Positions 42,302-54,873 of a stretch of DNA of 64,000 bases are shown here, piece by piece; position 1 is the stretch's first letter, and each line of letters starts with the position of its first letter. Where the stretch lies: assembly GCA_951406725.2 (NCBI GenBank), contig OX597818.1:145080001-145144000 (forward strand). The letters are read 5' to 3'. The DNA comes from Octopus vulgaris (taxonomy: Eukaryota). The notes beneath the pieces were generated by a model. It did not search any database, had not been told where the DNA came from, and was given only the letters and a program-made list of their open reading frames with translations. A program made the translations under genes and the position numbers.

Positions 42302-42785
42302 CAATATATGTACATGTATATGTATGCATGCATGTATGTGCGGAGCCGTAGAAATATCTGAGTTGGTGTTCTGGCGCGCGGTTGTTCCACTGGGAGTGGG
42401 AGGCCCCTCTGTCGTTGTCACAGCATCTCTCTGGGAGACTGAAACTCTGAGAGAAAACCTGCAACACTGACAATATTCGATGATGTTGACTAGTTCTTTT
42501 GGAGTCTAGATTGTCTATGTTCAGATAGTGGGATTGATTTTGTGCAAATCCTTTACCCGCTATGAAAAATCATCATCACAGGCATTGCTTGAAAATAGAC
42601 ATACATATATATATATTATATATATATATATATATGTTGAAATAGAAAGATTAATTTTCTTGTAACAGATTATTCAAAGGTTTAACCGATACCTGGGTAG
42701 CAAAAATCACAGCGGAAAACAGCACGGTTGGAGATAAGACCATTTGGTGTTGCAACCGTGCGTTGGAGCGGATAATTGAGGTTTA

Positions 42786-43225
42786 ATATTATTAGTGAAT
42801 GGAATAAATGGAGTTGAACGAAGATTGTACAGAATACCTTTTATTACATTCTACACATGTTTCGAAGGCCACAAATTTCCAAATTCTGTTTAAATAAGGG
42901 TACCATATTGCGGCTTTCTCTTCAGGAAAAAAACAGGAATTCCGTTGACCTGTAGATATCTTCAACGCACCAAATCCCCGATTTCAACGTACATTGATAA
43001 ACAGTTCAGCCATGGGCTCCTAAGGAGCATCTTCGTTCGAATTGCTGTGCCTCTGTTTTGTTTTGTCCTGTCAACGGAATTCCTGTTTTTTTCCTGAAGA
43101 GAAAACCGCAATATGGTACCCTTATTTAAACAGAATTTGGAAATTTGTGGCCTTCGAAACATGTGTAGAATGTAATAAAAGGTATTCTGTACAATCTTCG
43201 TTCAACTCCATTTATTCCATTCACT

Positions 43226-43233
<8 letters not shown>
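42786..43233. repeat. Fold-back element: 164-bp arms (42786-42949 and 43070-43233), 120-bp spacer, ending at (TA)n
   Basis: The arms are reverse complements with one mismatch found by eye. Confidence 0.95.
43091..43170 (+). ncRNA. Type I hammerhead ribozyme with intact core and extended stem II (mirror copy on - strand at about 42849-42928)
   Basis: TTC CTGAAGA GAAAACCGCAA...TTGTGGCCTTC GAAA C ATGT GTA GAA, with AATAAA at 43174. Confidence 0.75.
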
Positions 43234-43320
<87 letters not shown>

Positions 43321-43813
43321 TGTATGTATGTGCACATGCGCTGTCTTCCAAATTTGGGTCTATCAAACTGTTTTCACAAGTTATTAAACAAGCTACTGGT
43401 TAACCCGACGCTAAAATCCGTGCACGAAGATCGAACTGTAAACCTCTTGGCTGCCAAACAAGCTTTTTATTCATGCAGCCATACGTGGCTCTCGCGTCAT
43501 CATTGATGATTACATTCTTGTTATTTTGATAAAATTCTTTGCTGTTGTTATTGTTTACACACAACCCCTCCACAACACACACACACACATACACACATTC
43601 ACACACACACACACACACAGATACAACACACACACACACACACACACACATCTCCTTCGTGCTCTTTGTCCTTTTTCTCGCTGCCACCGATATCTTTCAT
43701 TCCATTTGTTGCTGTTGTAAATATTATTTATGTAGAAAAATAGACTCAAATAAATCCAGCGATAGTTCCACTTCGTCCTTCAGTTCTGGAAAGGAGTTTG
43801 CTATTGTTGTTGT

Positions 43814-43814
<1 letters not shown>

Positions 43815-43863
<49 letters not shown>

Positions 43864-43877
43864 GCACCACCACCACA

Positions 43878-43921
<44 letters not shown>

Positions 43922-43928
43922 CACAACA

Positions 43929-43990
<62 letters not shown>
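43815..43990 (+). repeat. (ACT)n microsatellite
   Basis: Direct reading. Confidence 0.95.
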
Positions 43991-44139
43991 GTCAACAACA
44001 ATAATGATTTTTCGCATTGGAACAAAACCAAATGTTTTTTTATGGGTGGGGTGCAATGATTTTAGTTGACTCTGGCACTTATTTTATCGATAATGGAAGG
44101 TGGAAGTAAAATTGTTATTGGTGATGATGATGATGATGC

Positions 44140-44870
44140 ATTCTAACTTTGATACAAGGTCACAAACTTTGTGAGGGAGGTAAATAACGGGCAGAATCAA
44201 TCCTATTACTTTAGGACTAATTTTGTCAATCTCGGAAAAAAAAAAACGAAATGCCAAGTCAACCTAAGTAGGATTTGAAATCGAAACGTAGGAAGATGTA
44301 AGTCATTAATACCGGGTATTTTGGCTCAGTTCGCTATCGATTCTGCCAGTCATAATTATTTGGTAATAATTGTTTCGAACATAGGCACAAGGCCTGAAAT
44401 GTTAGAGGAAAGGGTTAATTGATACCTATTTCTTTACTACCCGCAAGGGGCTAAACTCAGAGGAAACAAACAAGGACAGACGGACGGATTAAGTCGATTA
44501 TATAACGATCTAATCAAGCCAACGCTTTTATTTTATGTTGATAATGATTAAAGTACAAAACCATCAAATTTGAGGCGAGAGTAGCGAGTGGATGCCATCG
44601 CTCCCAGTGCTTATTGGTGCTTTATTTTATCGACCCTGAAATAATAAAAGGCAAGGTTAGCCTCGGTGGGATTTGAATATTCTTTTCTACTCTAGGCAGA
44701 AGGCGCGAAATTTTGGGGGAGGGGGTCAGTCGATTCGATCGACCCCGGTACCCAATTGGTACTTAATTTATCGACCCCGAAAGGATGAAAGGCAAAGTCG
44801 ACCTCGGCGGGATGATATATCACTGAGCATTTCGCCGGTGTGCTAACGTTTCTGTCAGCTCACCGCCTTT
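44140..44870 (-). mobile_element. Cluster of nested or adjacent Nin-type SINE copies
   Basis: Several TTTATCGACCC...AAAGGCAAAGTCGACCTCGGCGG blocks. Both tail types seen at 11948-12348 are present. Confidence 0.75.
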
Positions 44871-45200
44871 GAACCCATAATATTGATAATATATGGTGTT
44901 GTTGAATTGTTGAATCATTTCGTCACGTCACTTACGTATTTTTATGACAGCAATATCAGAGGGGTTTTACCCTTTTTTTCCTGTTTTGAAATAGAAGTAA
45001 TTAATATCTAAGTATGTATGGAATGGAGGAAAATTACAATTGAATTTAAATATATATATTTCATATTTTATGTATGTAAAGACTAATTTCCATTATCTTT
45101 AGAAATGTTTCCACAAGTATGTCTCTTCTATACAGCTTGTGGTCATTTACGCAATTAACTGATTAAAATTATGAGCGTATTTAAGTCAAAAGTATACCTG

Positions 45201-45234
<34 letters not shown>

Positions 45235-45423
45235 TATATATATACACATATATATATACACACACATATATATATATATACATACACATATATATATATA
45301 TACACACACACATATATATATAAGTATATATATGTATATATACATATATATATGTTTATAAATATATACATCCCCTTTTTACCATTTTACTTATTTCATT
45401 CACTAAACTGCGGCCATGCTAAG

Positions 45424-45655
45424 CACAAAACTGTTATTCAGAGTCTCATGTTTCTGCTCGTCGGACAGTTGTGATCAAGACTGGAACAAAATTTTATTCC
45501 AGTCTTGATCACAATTCTCCGACGAGCGGAACGTGAAACTCTGAGTAACAGTTTTGTGATGTTTTTCCATGCAGCTATAATAAAAAACCATATTACTCTA
45601 CCCTTGGTATTCAAGTACGATGTTTTCCACCTTGTTTTACATTCATATGCTTAGT
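45424..45655 (+). mobile_element. Fold-back element (arms 45424-45486 and 45497-45558) with hammerhead-like motif at 45513-45553 and a 3' extension
   Basis: CCGACGA GCG GAA CGT GAAA CTCTGA GTA ACAGTT, then AATAAA and a tail shared with 50430-50506. Confidence 0.75.
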
Positions 45656-45671
45656 CGTGTATGTATGTATG

Positions 45672-45729
<58 letters not shown>

Positions 45730-45782
45730 TATAGGTAAGAAAATAAGGGAGTGCGTTGCGTTACACAAATAATATTTCAAAA

Positions 45783-46245
45783 ACTTTTTATAAAAATATA
45801 TCAACCAGAAAATTTAACAAAAACAAACGGAAAATTTGACAAAAACATAGCAAACGGAAAATTTGGCGAAACCATAAAACACGAAAATTCGTAGCTAATT
45901 CCTCATCAGCCAACGTCCAAGAGTTCATAATAGTTTCGACCGTTATCGTGGAGACTATATCTTTCGTTTGTCTGGTAGATGTGTGGGGTTTTTTTTTGTT
46001 GTTATTTACAATTATAATTATTTTAGTTTGTCATGTTTGTTTTCGTCATTGTCTTGTACGTTCGTTATCTTTTCTCAGTGACTTCTTTAGCAGTGGGGTC
46101 TCAACTATAACAGCGCGAAACTATTATGATCTTCTTAGACGTTGACTGATGAGGAATTAGCTACGAAGTTTCCGTGTTTTATGGTTTTGTCAAATTTTCC
46201 GTTTGTTTTTGTTAAATTTTCCCGCTGTGGTGTTTTTATAAAGAA
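45783..46245. repeat. Diverged fold-back element with CTGATGA in both arms
   Basis: TTCGTAGCTAATTCCTCATCAG (45888) pairs with CTGATGAGGAATTAGCTACGAA (46146), and the flanking arms also pair. Confidence 0.75.
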
Positions 46246-46262
46246 TTGATAAATATATATAT

Positions 46263-46329
<67 letters not shown>

Positions 46330-46337
46330 CAGAAGTG

Positions 46338-47156
46338 GTGTACAGGTATTGTATACTGAGAAGAGGAGGCAGTCAGAATTTTGGATAATTCTTTATTAGC
46401 GCCTTCGTTCGTTTATCGAACTCTTCAAGACAAAATCAAAACCAAAATGGTAAAAACATTCGGTATTCATTTAAATGAATTGAATGCTTTTTTTTGTTTG
46501 TTTAGAAGAAGAGATAAATGTTTTAGTTTTTTTTGGGGAAAAGGGAGAAAGTGAGGAAAGAAAGCAAAGAGGGGTGAACCTTGAACTTTGAGCTCTTTAT
46601 TTTTCAGTGGTGACCGCATCCTCTCCTCTTTTCTTATCTTTCCAATCCTACTTCCTAAACTTGACATCTTGAAAGGTTACCAGCCCTTGTGAGAAAATGT
46701 GTTTACTTATTTTATGTTGATAGGTATACAATGAGAAGAAAAAGGAAAGAAAAGAAAGAAAAATGTTTTGTGATGAAATTTCAGTGGATCCCCACATCAA
46801 ACTGAAAAGAAACCTCTCTCTTTTTCTCTCTCTCTCTATCTATCTATCCTTTCCCCATCCTTTATTATTTTTTCCTCTTTTTTGATTGTCCTGAAACCTC
46901 TCTCTCTGTTTATTTTTCCCACATTGCTTTTCTTTCTCTCTTTCCCTCTTAAAAAAAAAACAAAGACATTTTTCTCTTCTAAACAAAGCAAAAAAAAAAA
47001 AAACCATCAGATTCATATAAGTGAACAACGAAATGTTCTGTTTTCATTTTGATTTTGATATTGAGTTGACAAATTCAATAAAGGAATGAAAGCGCTAATA
47101 AAGAATTATCCAAAATTCTGACTGCCTCCTTTTTCTCAATACATACAAGTTTACAC
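46338..47156. repeat. Diverged fold-back element (arms about 46338-46570 and 46900-47156) with hammerhead motif at 46391-46435 (-)
   Basis: GGAGGCAGTCAGAATTTTGGATAATTCTTTATTAGCGC is mirrored at 47092-47129. Confidence 0.8.
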
Positions 47157-47494
47157 ATATGCACACATATTTATATATTGTCTTTATCATGCATAAGTAT
47201 ATACTTAAAAGTTAGCAATACCTGTAGAAATTCGTCTGATATATTGAAAATTCTTAGATGATTGGAAACTTATAGAGAGCCATGGAATATATAATAGTTT
47301 TCGAAATTGCATATTGTTTGAAACTTGATACTTCAGACAGAGTAAAAGATCACAGAGATCATACTGAATGTACAATATTAAGGGACAACTTAGCCGAAGC
47401 TATATTCCTCAATATTCGCTTGTCATCAGTTCGACCTAATGAGTTGCTATCTGTTATTTTTCACTTTACGTTAAGATGTAAACAATCTTAACTC

Positions 47495-47725
47495 TCTTAT
47501 CTTTAACTTGGTTCTTTCATAAGGCTGCAGCCATTCTGGGACATCAGCTTGAGGAATTTTTAGTCGAATGAATCGACCCCAGTACATACTTTTTTGTAAC
47601 AAAGACAACCAGACACATGCTCATATACACTGGTACTTATTCTATTGGGCTCATTGCCGAACCGCTAAATCACGGGGACCTAAGCTGTAGTGGGGGTCAA
47701 ACGCAGATACACAGACAGACCCCAC

Positions 47726-47807
<82 letters not shown>

Positions 47808-47960
47808 GACGAGCTTCTTTCAGTTTCCGTCTACCAAATCTAGTAACAAGGCTTTGATCGGTACGAGGGTAGAGTAGAGACACTAACTCGAGGTGCCACG
47901 CAGTGGGACTGAATCTGGATTTATGTGGTTAGAGAGCCAAGCTTCTAATCTCATAGCCAA
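47495..47960 (-). mobile_element. SINE of the 5160-5566 family
   Basis: Shared GCTTCTTTCAGTTTCCGTCTACCAAATC and GTGCCACGCAGTGGGACTGAA blocks. Confidence 0.8.
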
Positions 47961-48149
47961 TATAGACGGAGGCATGACAAAATTCGGTTTATAAGCTGGT
48001 GGTTCTCGGTTCTATCCCTCTATAAACAACTTTGGGCAAGAGTCCGGTCGCCTAGTTCGAGTTCATCAACGCTTTGTGTGAAATGTATCGACTATCCCCG
48101 CTCCAAATTTCAGGCCTTGTGCCTATAGTAGGCACAGTATTATTATTAA

Positions 48150-48225
<76 letters not shown>

Positions 48226-48780
48226 GAGTGAGAGAGCAGTGCATGCCATCAAAGTGACACTGGGTTAAAATATACGAAGCCCAGTATACCCATCATGACT
48301 ACCCGTCCGATAAAGGTACACCAGGCACATGCATCACAACCATATGTGCGCGACATGGTGATCTCATATCAAGATAAACAGCACATGACCTTGCAGGTGG
48401 GGGCCCGGTTAGAATTTTCTTCAGGTCGAGTAACCCATCCTACTCAAAAGGTCCCTGAATAAGGGTTGTTTAAGGATGTTGAACGAAACACCCATGTTTC
48501 CAGAGGTGAATTATTCAAACCCCAAAGAATCCCTCTCAACACATGGCTATGATGCTCCCCCACTACTTCTGCTCGTGACCAGAGATGTACATATCGTCAG
48601 CCAGTAAGGGACATGCTCAACTGGTTAAGGTCAAACAACTGACAAACAAATCTGTTTATTGAGCAGAATATTTGCTGAAGCCATCTTTTATACCAAGACA
48701 AAACAATGTACATGATAACACTTCCAATCAGTTAAGATCAGAAGCCATGAGAACCACTGCCTGGTACTGCATCAGGGCAT
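48226..48780. mobile_element. About 555-bp non-coding element inserted in (ATT)n
   Basis: Complex sequence with sharp ends, flanked on both sides by (ATT)n. No ORF. Confidence 0.6.
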
Positions 48781-48801
48781 TTATTATTATTATTATTGTT
48801 G

Positions 48802-48884
<83 letters not shown>

Positions 48885-48894
48885 TATTATTATT

Positions 48895-48932
<38 letters not shown>

Positions 48933-48979
48933 TAATAAAAATTATAATGATAATAATAATAATCATAATAATAATAATA

Positions 48980-49220
48980 ATCTTTTCCACTCTAGGCACA
49001 AAGCCCGACATTTTGTGGGAAGGGTCCAGTCGATTAGATCGACCCCAGTACACAACTGGTACTTAATTTATCAACCCCGAAAGAATGAAAGGCCGAGGTC
49101 GACTTTGCCTTTCATTCTTTCAGGGTCGATAAATGTAGTACCAGTTGCATACTGGTGTCGATCTAACCGACTGGCCCCTTTCCCCAAAATTTCGGGCCTT
49201 CTGCCTAGAGTAGAAAAGAT
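48980..49220. repeat. Head-to-head inverted pair of SINE 3' halves
   Basis: 48980-49093 and 49107-49220 are imperfect reverse complements (Nin-like domain plus CCTAGAGTAGAAAAG tail). Confidence 0.85.
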
Positions 49221-49521
49221 TATTATTATTATACGCGCACACACACACATATATATATATATATGTGAACCCCGTGTATATGAGTATGTGTGTGGGTATT
49301 ATGTTATACTGCTTAAAACCAACAGTGTTTTTGAAGTACAGTAAGGTTATGCACCTTCAGCCATTTGAGTCTGGCGAGTCACCTCTACTGCTCATCACTT
49401 TATAAGTGTGAAACCAACGAGCACTCTATGACCGTCCATTACTTTTAACTTCCTAAAAATTATATTACTGCACTAATGCATTAGTCTGCTTCTTTTTGGG
49501 ATATTTGAACTACTCTCAATG

Positions 49522-49572
<51 letters not shown>

Positions 49573-50303
49573 AAATATATATATATATATACATATGTAT
49601 ATATATATATATATATACATATGTATATATATACACACATATATATATATATACATATATGTGTGTGTATGTATGCATATATATGTACATGAGTATGTGT
49701 ATGCAGGTATGTATGTGTATATGTACATATGTATGCGTATACACACACACGCACACACGCACATACACACACCTATATGCGTATATATACGTATGTACAT
49801 ATGCTCATGTTCATGCACAGACGTGCGCGTGCACACTCACACAAACACTTATATATATATCTTTGAAAACGTCTCAAAGTGGTTATTTGTTAGATAATTT
49901 GAATAATTAAATCTTTGGGTCACGTATTAAACGTAATTAATTTGTAATTTAACTAAAATTCCCATTGAGACATTGCCACATGACAAGCTATTGCCAACAA
50001 TGGTGAGGATGTCAAAAGTCGAAGGTTGCATAACTTCATGAAATTGAGTATAAATGTCCCTCGTTAGTTTTGACCCTTTGGACAAAGAGAGTCTATTCTC
50101 TCCGTCACTATGAAAAATAACTTGAAACTGTAAATGAAATTATCTCCCTTTTCCCTCGAGGTAAAATTAACTTATGTTTTTCTTTGTATTTCTTGTTTTG
50201 TTTGAAATTTATTCCCTTTTGAGCGTATTTAATAATTGCAGCTTGCTCGTTTTCTTTCATCTGTCCGTTACTGCGTAAGGCCACTTTATATATATATATA
50301 TAT

Positions 50304-50502
50304 TTTATTTAAAGCAGCAGAAAATTCAACAAAACCTGTTACTCTGAGTTTCTCAGCAAAAACTGTCCGATGAACGGCAACGGGAAATTCAGAGTAACAG
50401 GTTTTGTTGAATTTTCTGCTGCTTTAAATAAAGCATATTACTCTACCACTGGTATTTGAGTACTCTTTTTTCCACCTTGTTTCACATTTATGTGTTTACT
50501 CT

Positions 50503-50506
<4 letters not shown>
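50304..50506 (+). mobile_element. Fold-back element (arms 50304-50352 and 50384-50432) with hammerhead-like motif at 50363-50400, inside (TA)n
   Basis: CTGT CCGATGA acggcaacgg GAAA TTCAGA GTA ACAG, then AATAAA. Same family as 45424. Confidence 0.8.
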
Positions 50507-50547
<41 letters not shown>

Positions 50548-51334
50548 ATATGGGTGATTTGATATGGGCGATTCTTTCTTGTCTTGAGATTCACGGTCAA
50601 ACGGCTGGGTGGAATTGCGAGAAAAATTACACAGATGTGTAGAATGATCCGGTGGTGATGCTGGGATTTGTATGTTTTCATAGCTCCCATGGTTACCGAG
50701 ATGATCTACTATAATAATACTCTTGTGTTTATGAATGAGAAAGGAAGTGGTGATAGATGAATAGGGAAGGAAGGGGTGATGTCATAGTTGGATGATGAAA
50801 ATTGTTCGCTGAAAAATAAAACAAACATCATTTCAATTCTGTGTGAATATATGTGTGTGTGTGTGCAAAAGGGGGATATGTGAATGTGGGTGTGCGTGTG
50901 CATGCGTGTGCGTACGCAATGGAAGTGGGATGGATCATCTTTGTTCGCTTAGTATTTGGGTTTATTTTTTAATTTTGTTGAATCTTGGTTGATTTTTTTT
51001 TGTTGGTCAGTTATTTTTAGCGTTTTGACAGAAAAAAAGTCATTCTAAAATTGTTTTTTAACGTAAGCGTGCCCAAACAAATCGAATGCTTACACAGAGC
51101 AGGTTTTACAGCCACATCATCCTAACCGACTGGCTGAAACCGGGCTTAGCTGCTAGTATATATATATGTATGTATGTTTGTATATATATATGTATGTATG
51201 TATTTATATACATGCATATGTGTATATATATATACATATATACATATATATATACACATATACATATATACATATACATGCAACATACATACATATATAT
51301 ATGTGTATATATATACACACATATATATATGTAA

Positions 51335-51367
<33 letters not shown>

Positions 51368-51389
51368 CATACATACATACACACATACA

Positions 51390-51472
<83 letters not shown>

Positions 51473-53694
51473 TATATGTGTGTGTATGTGTATATATATC
51501 ATATAAATTGGTATACGTGACTTAGAATTTTTGTCTGTCGTCGCATAATTTATCTTAGGAAGCCACGACTGGCTACACTTTAAAAGGGCTGGCAGTTAAT
51601 GTATTATAAAAACTAGACACTACACTTATAGTGAGTCATTGATTTTATATATCTAAACCAATTACTTCAGACCATATATGCATACACACAGGCGCACATA
51701 TGTCTATGTATACTTGCAAGCACACCTTTACACCCTCTCACATATATAGTCGGGTCGTCGGTGACTAAATCGATTAGCCAAACCAAAAAGAAAAAAAAGA
51801 ATAAATCTTGTGTCAAACATTAGTTCAACCAATGTCTAGCCATAACGCATAGATACTGAAGATGCTAAAGAAGCACGCTGAACAACCACTTTAACCATCA
51901 ATGATTTTCTCCAAACATCTGTTTAGAAGATGTTTTCGCTGATGTGAAAGCTGATTATAGTTTAGTCTTTGGTTGTTTAATTTAATTTGGGCCATGATAT
52001 GAACAGTTATTTCATTTGAATAGCAAATGCCGTTCTTTGAACGCTGAATTGTCTCTAATTTCACTCAAAGGTACTTCTTAGAGCCACAGACACCAGATCT
52101 TTCAAACTTGCAGAGACCAGGTACCTTGTATTTCAGTAGTTAACTCACTCGTGAGCTCCATCAGTCCTGGTCACCTGCGTGGTTGATTTCTCTTCGGGAA
52201 CTGCCTTCTAGGGAAAGATTTATACTCAGGGCCTGATTTTTTCCGAGTCCCCACTCGCCAATTATTAAAACAAAATGCATATTTATTATTATTGATTCAA
52301 ATTTATTATTATTATCCTCAAAAATCATAGAATAACTAGCTAGGCTTGACAAATTTAGAAGTCCATTACCTTATATTCTTGTGTGCAAAGTTTTGTACGA
52401 TAAGGCTGAAATCGATAGTAGACTGCAGTTCAATTTGATGTCGAATCGAGTTCTCAAAACGAACTCGTGAAATAATTTTTCTGTGCTGGTTGTTTACCAG
52501 TTTAAACGTTCTATTGAAATTGCCATTGCGCACTAATTCTTGGTTAATTGAGACTCTTAATGACATGTTTTAGTTCTTTCAGTAGAGTGTTAAAGTGATC
52601 TCTCATTTTCTGCGAATTGTCGTTGTTGAGTTCAATGTATCAGCAGTAAAATCTCTCCACTGTAATACCTGACGAGTGTCATGAGTATGCATCTGAAAGA
52701 GAAAATGTATTTAGTGGGATCCCTTCTGTTTTTGCTGTCAGATTGAGTTTCAGAACAACCCGCAGGACCAAATTGATGTCATTGAGATTTGAAGCAAATG
52801 AGTTTACCATATCAAACCTGGCTGACTCCTGGATAGCTGGCGAAGATGCAATAATTGACAGCCAGTGTGAGCCAGAAGAATTTGCTACGTTTTTGGACAA
52901 TAGGAACAAAATATTAAAGACATTTTCAGCAGCTCCTAAACACTTAACTGCTTCAGTACAGTACTTTGCTGAATCTATGTTACACAAATGCAGATCTACG
53001 TGGTGGAAAATGATGGGAGGATTTTCATTACTTGATATTCTTTGTACTTTCCTGTATTTGGTGCTTCAATATTAATATCTGCAAATCTTCAAAGAGAATG
53101 CTATTTTCAATGTTTCCTTTATCTGAACCTGTTTGTTACAAATGATATATATTTAGAATCGTAAATTTTTTTTAAAAATCTACATTTTGAAGGTAACATG
53201 ATAAATATTTTCTATCTGAATTATACGGATTAAAGTGTTGCATCAAACATTATTAGATAGTTTTTCGTCTTCAAGAAGGTATATGTTTCAAAATGAGATC
53301 GGAATAAAGAGAAATAATCGTCTAACAAATAATGTACTTGTAACCTTTCGCGATTTTTTTGACATGAATCTTAAGAAGGATAAGAAGGATATCTTGTAGG
53401 ATAAAAGTTCAGTCAGCCCAAGGAAGAAACTTTTGTGAACTTTGCCAATTAATTGAGAGGTACTACGGAATGTTGATTCCATTCCACCTCAAAATAAAAT
53501 AATTTCAATTAGACGATTTAAAATATTAATCACACCAAACTCCTCTGCTGTGATTTGTTTGAATAGAAAATGTTCCCTGGAGTTTGATTGAATGTCTTAA
53601 CTCTCTCCATGATATATAATTCAATTTATGTTGGTTTCTATATTCATACTATACATGCTATCGCATAATTTTCATGCTTTTTCAATGGCAAACT

Positions 53695-53845
53695 ATTCTG
53701 AGTTTAAATGTCACTGGGGTCATCTTTACCTTTCACCCTTCAAAAGTCGATAAAATGAAATACCAGTTGAGTACTGAAGTAAATGGTCTTGACTAACTCC
53801 TCATCCTTCAAAATTTCTGACCTGTGCCTATATCAGAAACCATTG
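53695..53845 (+). mobile_element. Diverged Nin-type SINE remnant
   Basis: CTTTACCTTTCACCCTTCAAAAGTCGATAAAATGAAATACCAGTT. Confidence 0.55.
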
Positions 53846-54503
53846 TTATTACTCAAAAGATATCACATACTGATTTAAATTATATATGCATACACACATA
53901 CATATATCTATGTTCAACACAGTGTGTATGAGAGAATCATGATAAATTTAAGTCAATTGCAGTTTTGAAATATTCGCTGGCAAACGCCAAATAGGGATAA
54001 ATATACCGTGTCATTTTTCTTCTCATGTGCCAAAAAAAAAAAAAAAAAAGAGAAAACAACAGGTTGTCCTGATACATTATGCGCTATGATAACATTCATC
54101 AAGGATCAAGTATTCTTTCATCACGTCTTTTCAATAGCGATTACTATTTAAATCAAGCACAAACAGGAATTATATGTGGTGTGTAGATTAATTAGCATAT
54201 TGTGTGTTTATTGGTGGCTTAATTATATCACAAATATTTATGCATATTCCACTTCGTGAACGGAAAGATAAGGAAGTTCACATTTATGAATTAGCATCTG
54301 TTTAAAGTTTCGTAACGAAGATTTTATAACTTACTTTATCTTAGGTTTCTGTTACGCAGAGTGTTACACATAGCTATTCATTACTTAATCAAATTTCGAT
54401 TAAATACGCGGCATGCAAATTAGTCTACTCATTAGAGCGAGGTTCTGGCTGGCTTGTGTTTCATTAAATTTAACTTGTTTCATATATACATACATACCCA
54501 CCC

Positions 54504-54568
<65 letters not shown>

Positions 54569-54657
54569 GTATGTATATACTTACATACATATATGTATGT
54601 ACGTATACATATATGAATATAAATATATATATACGTGCATATCTATATATCTATTTA

Positions 54658-54705
<48 letters not shown>

Positions 54706-54873
54706 TTGTGTGTGTGTGTATGATGGGGAGGGTCAGTAAGAAACACGTGTGTTTCTTATTTGCAAAACGATCCCACAAAATACAAAGAACATCTGCTTCA
54801 ATACATGAAATTATACCCTACAAAACAAGTACAAAAATCCTCTCTCTCTTTCTCTGCGTGTGTATATATATAT

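Noticed and set aside
52743-53075. Plus-strand ORF with faint resemblance to PIGO (CRSTW..MMGG)
   Set aside because: Similarity is short, spacing does not fit, and there are no flanking exons.
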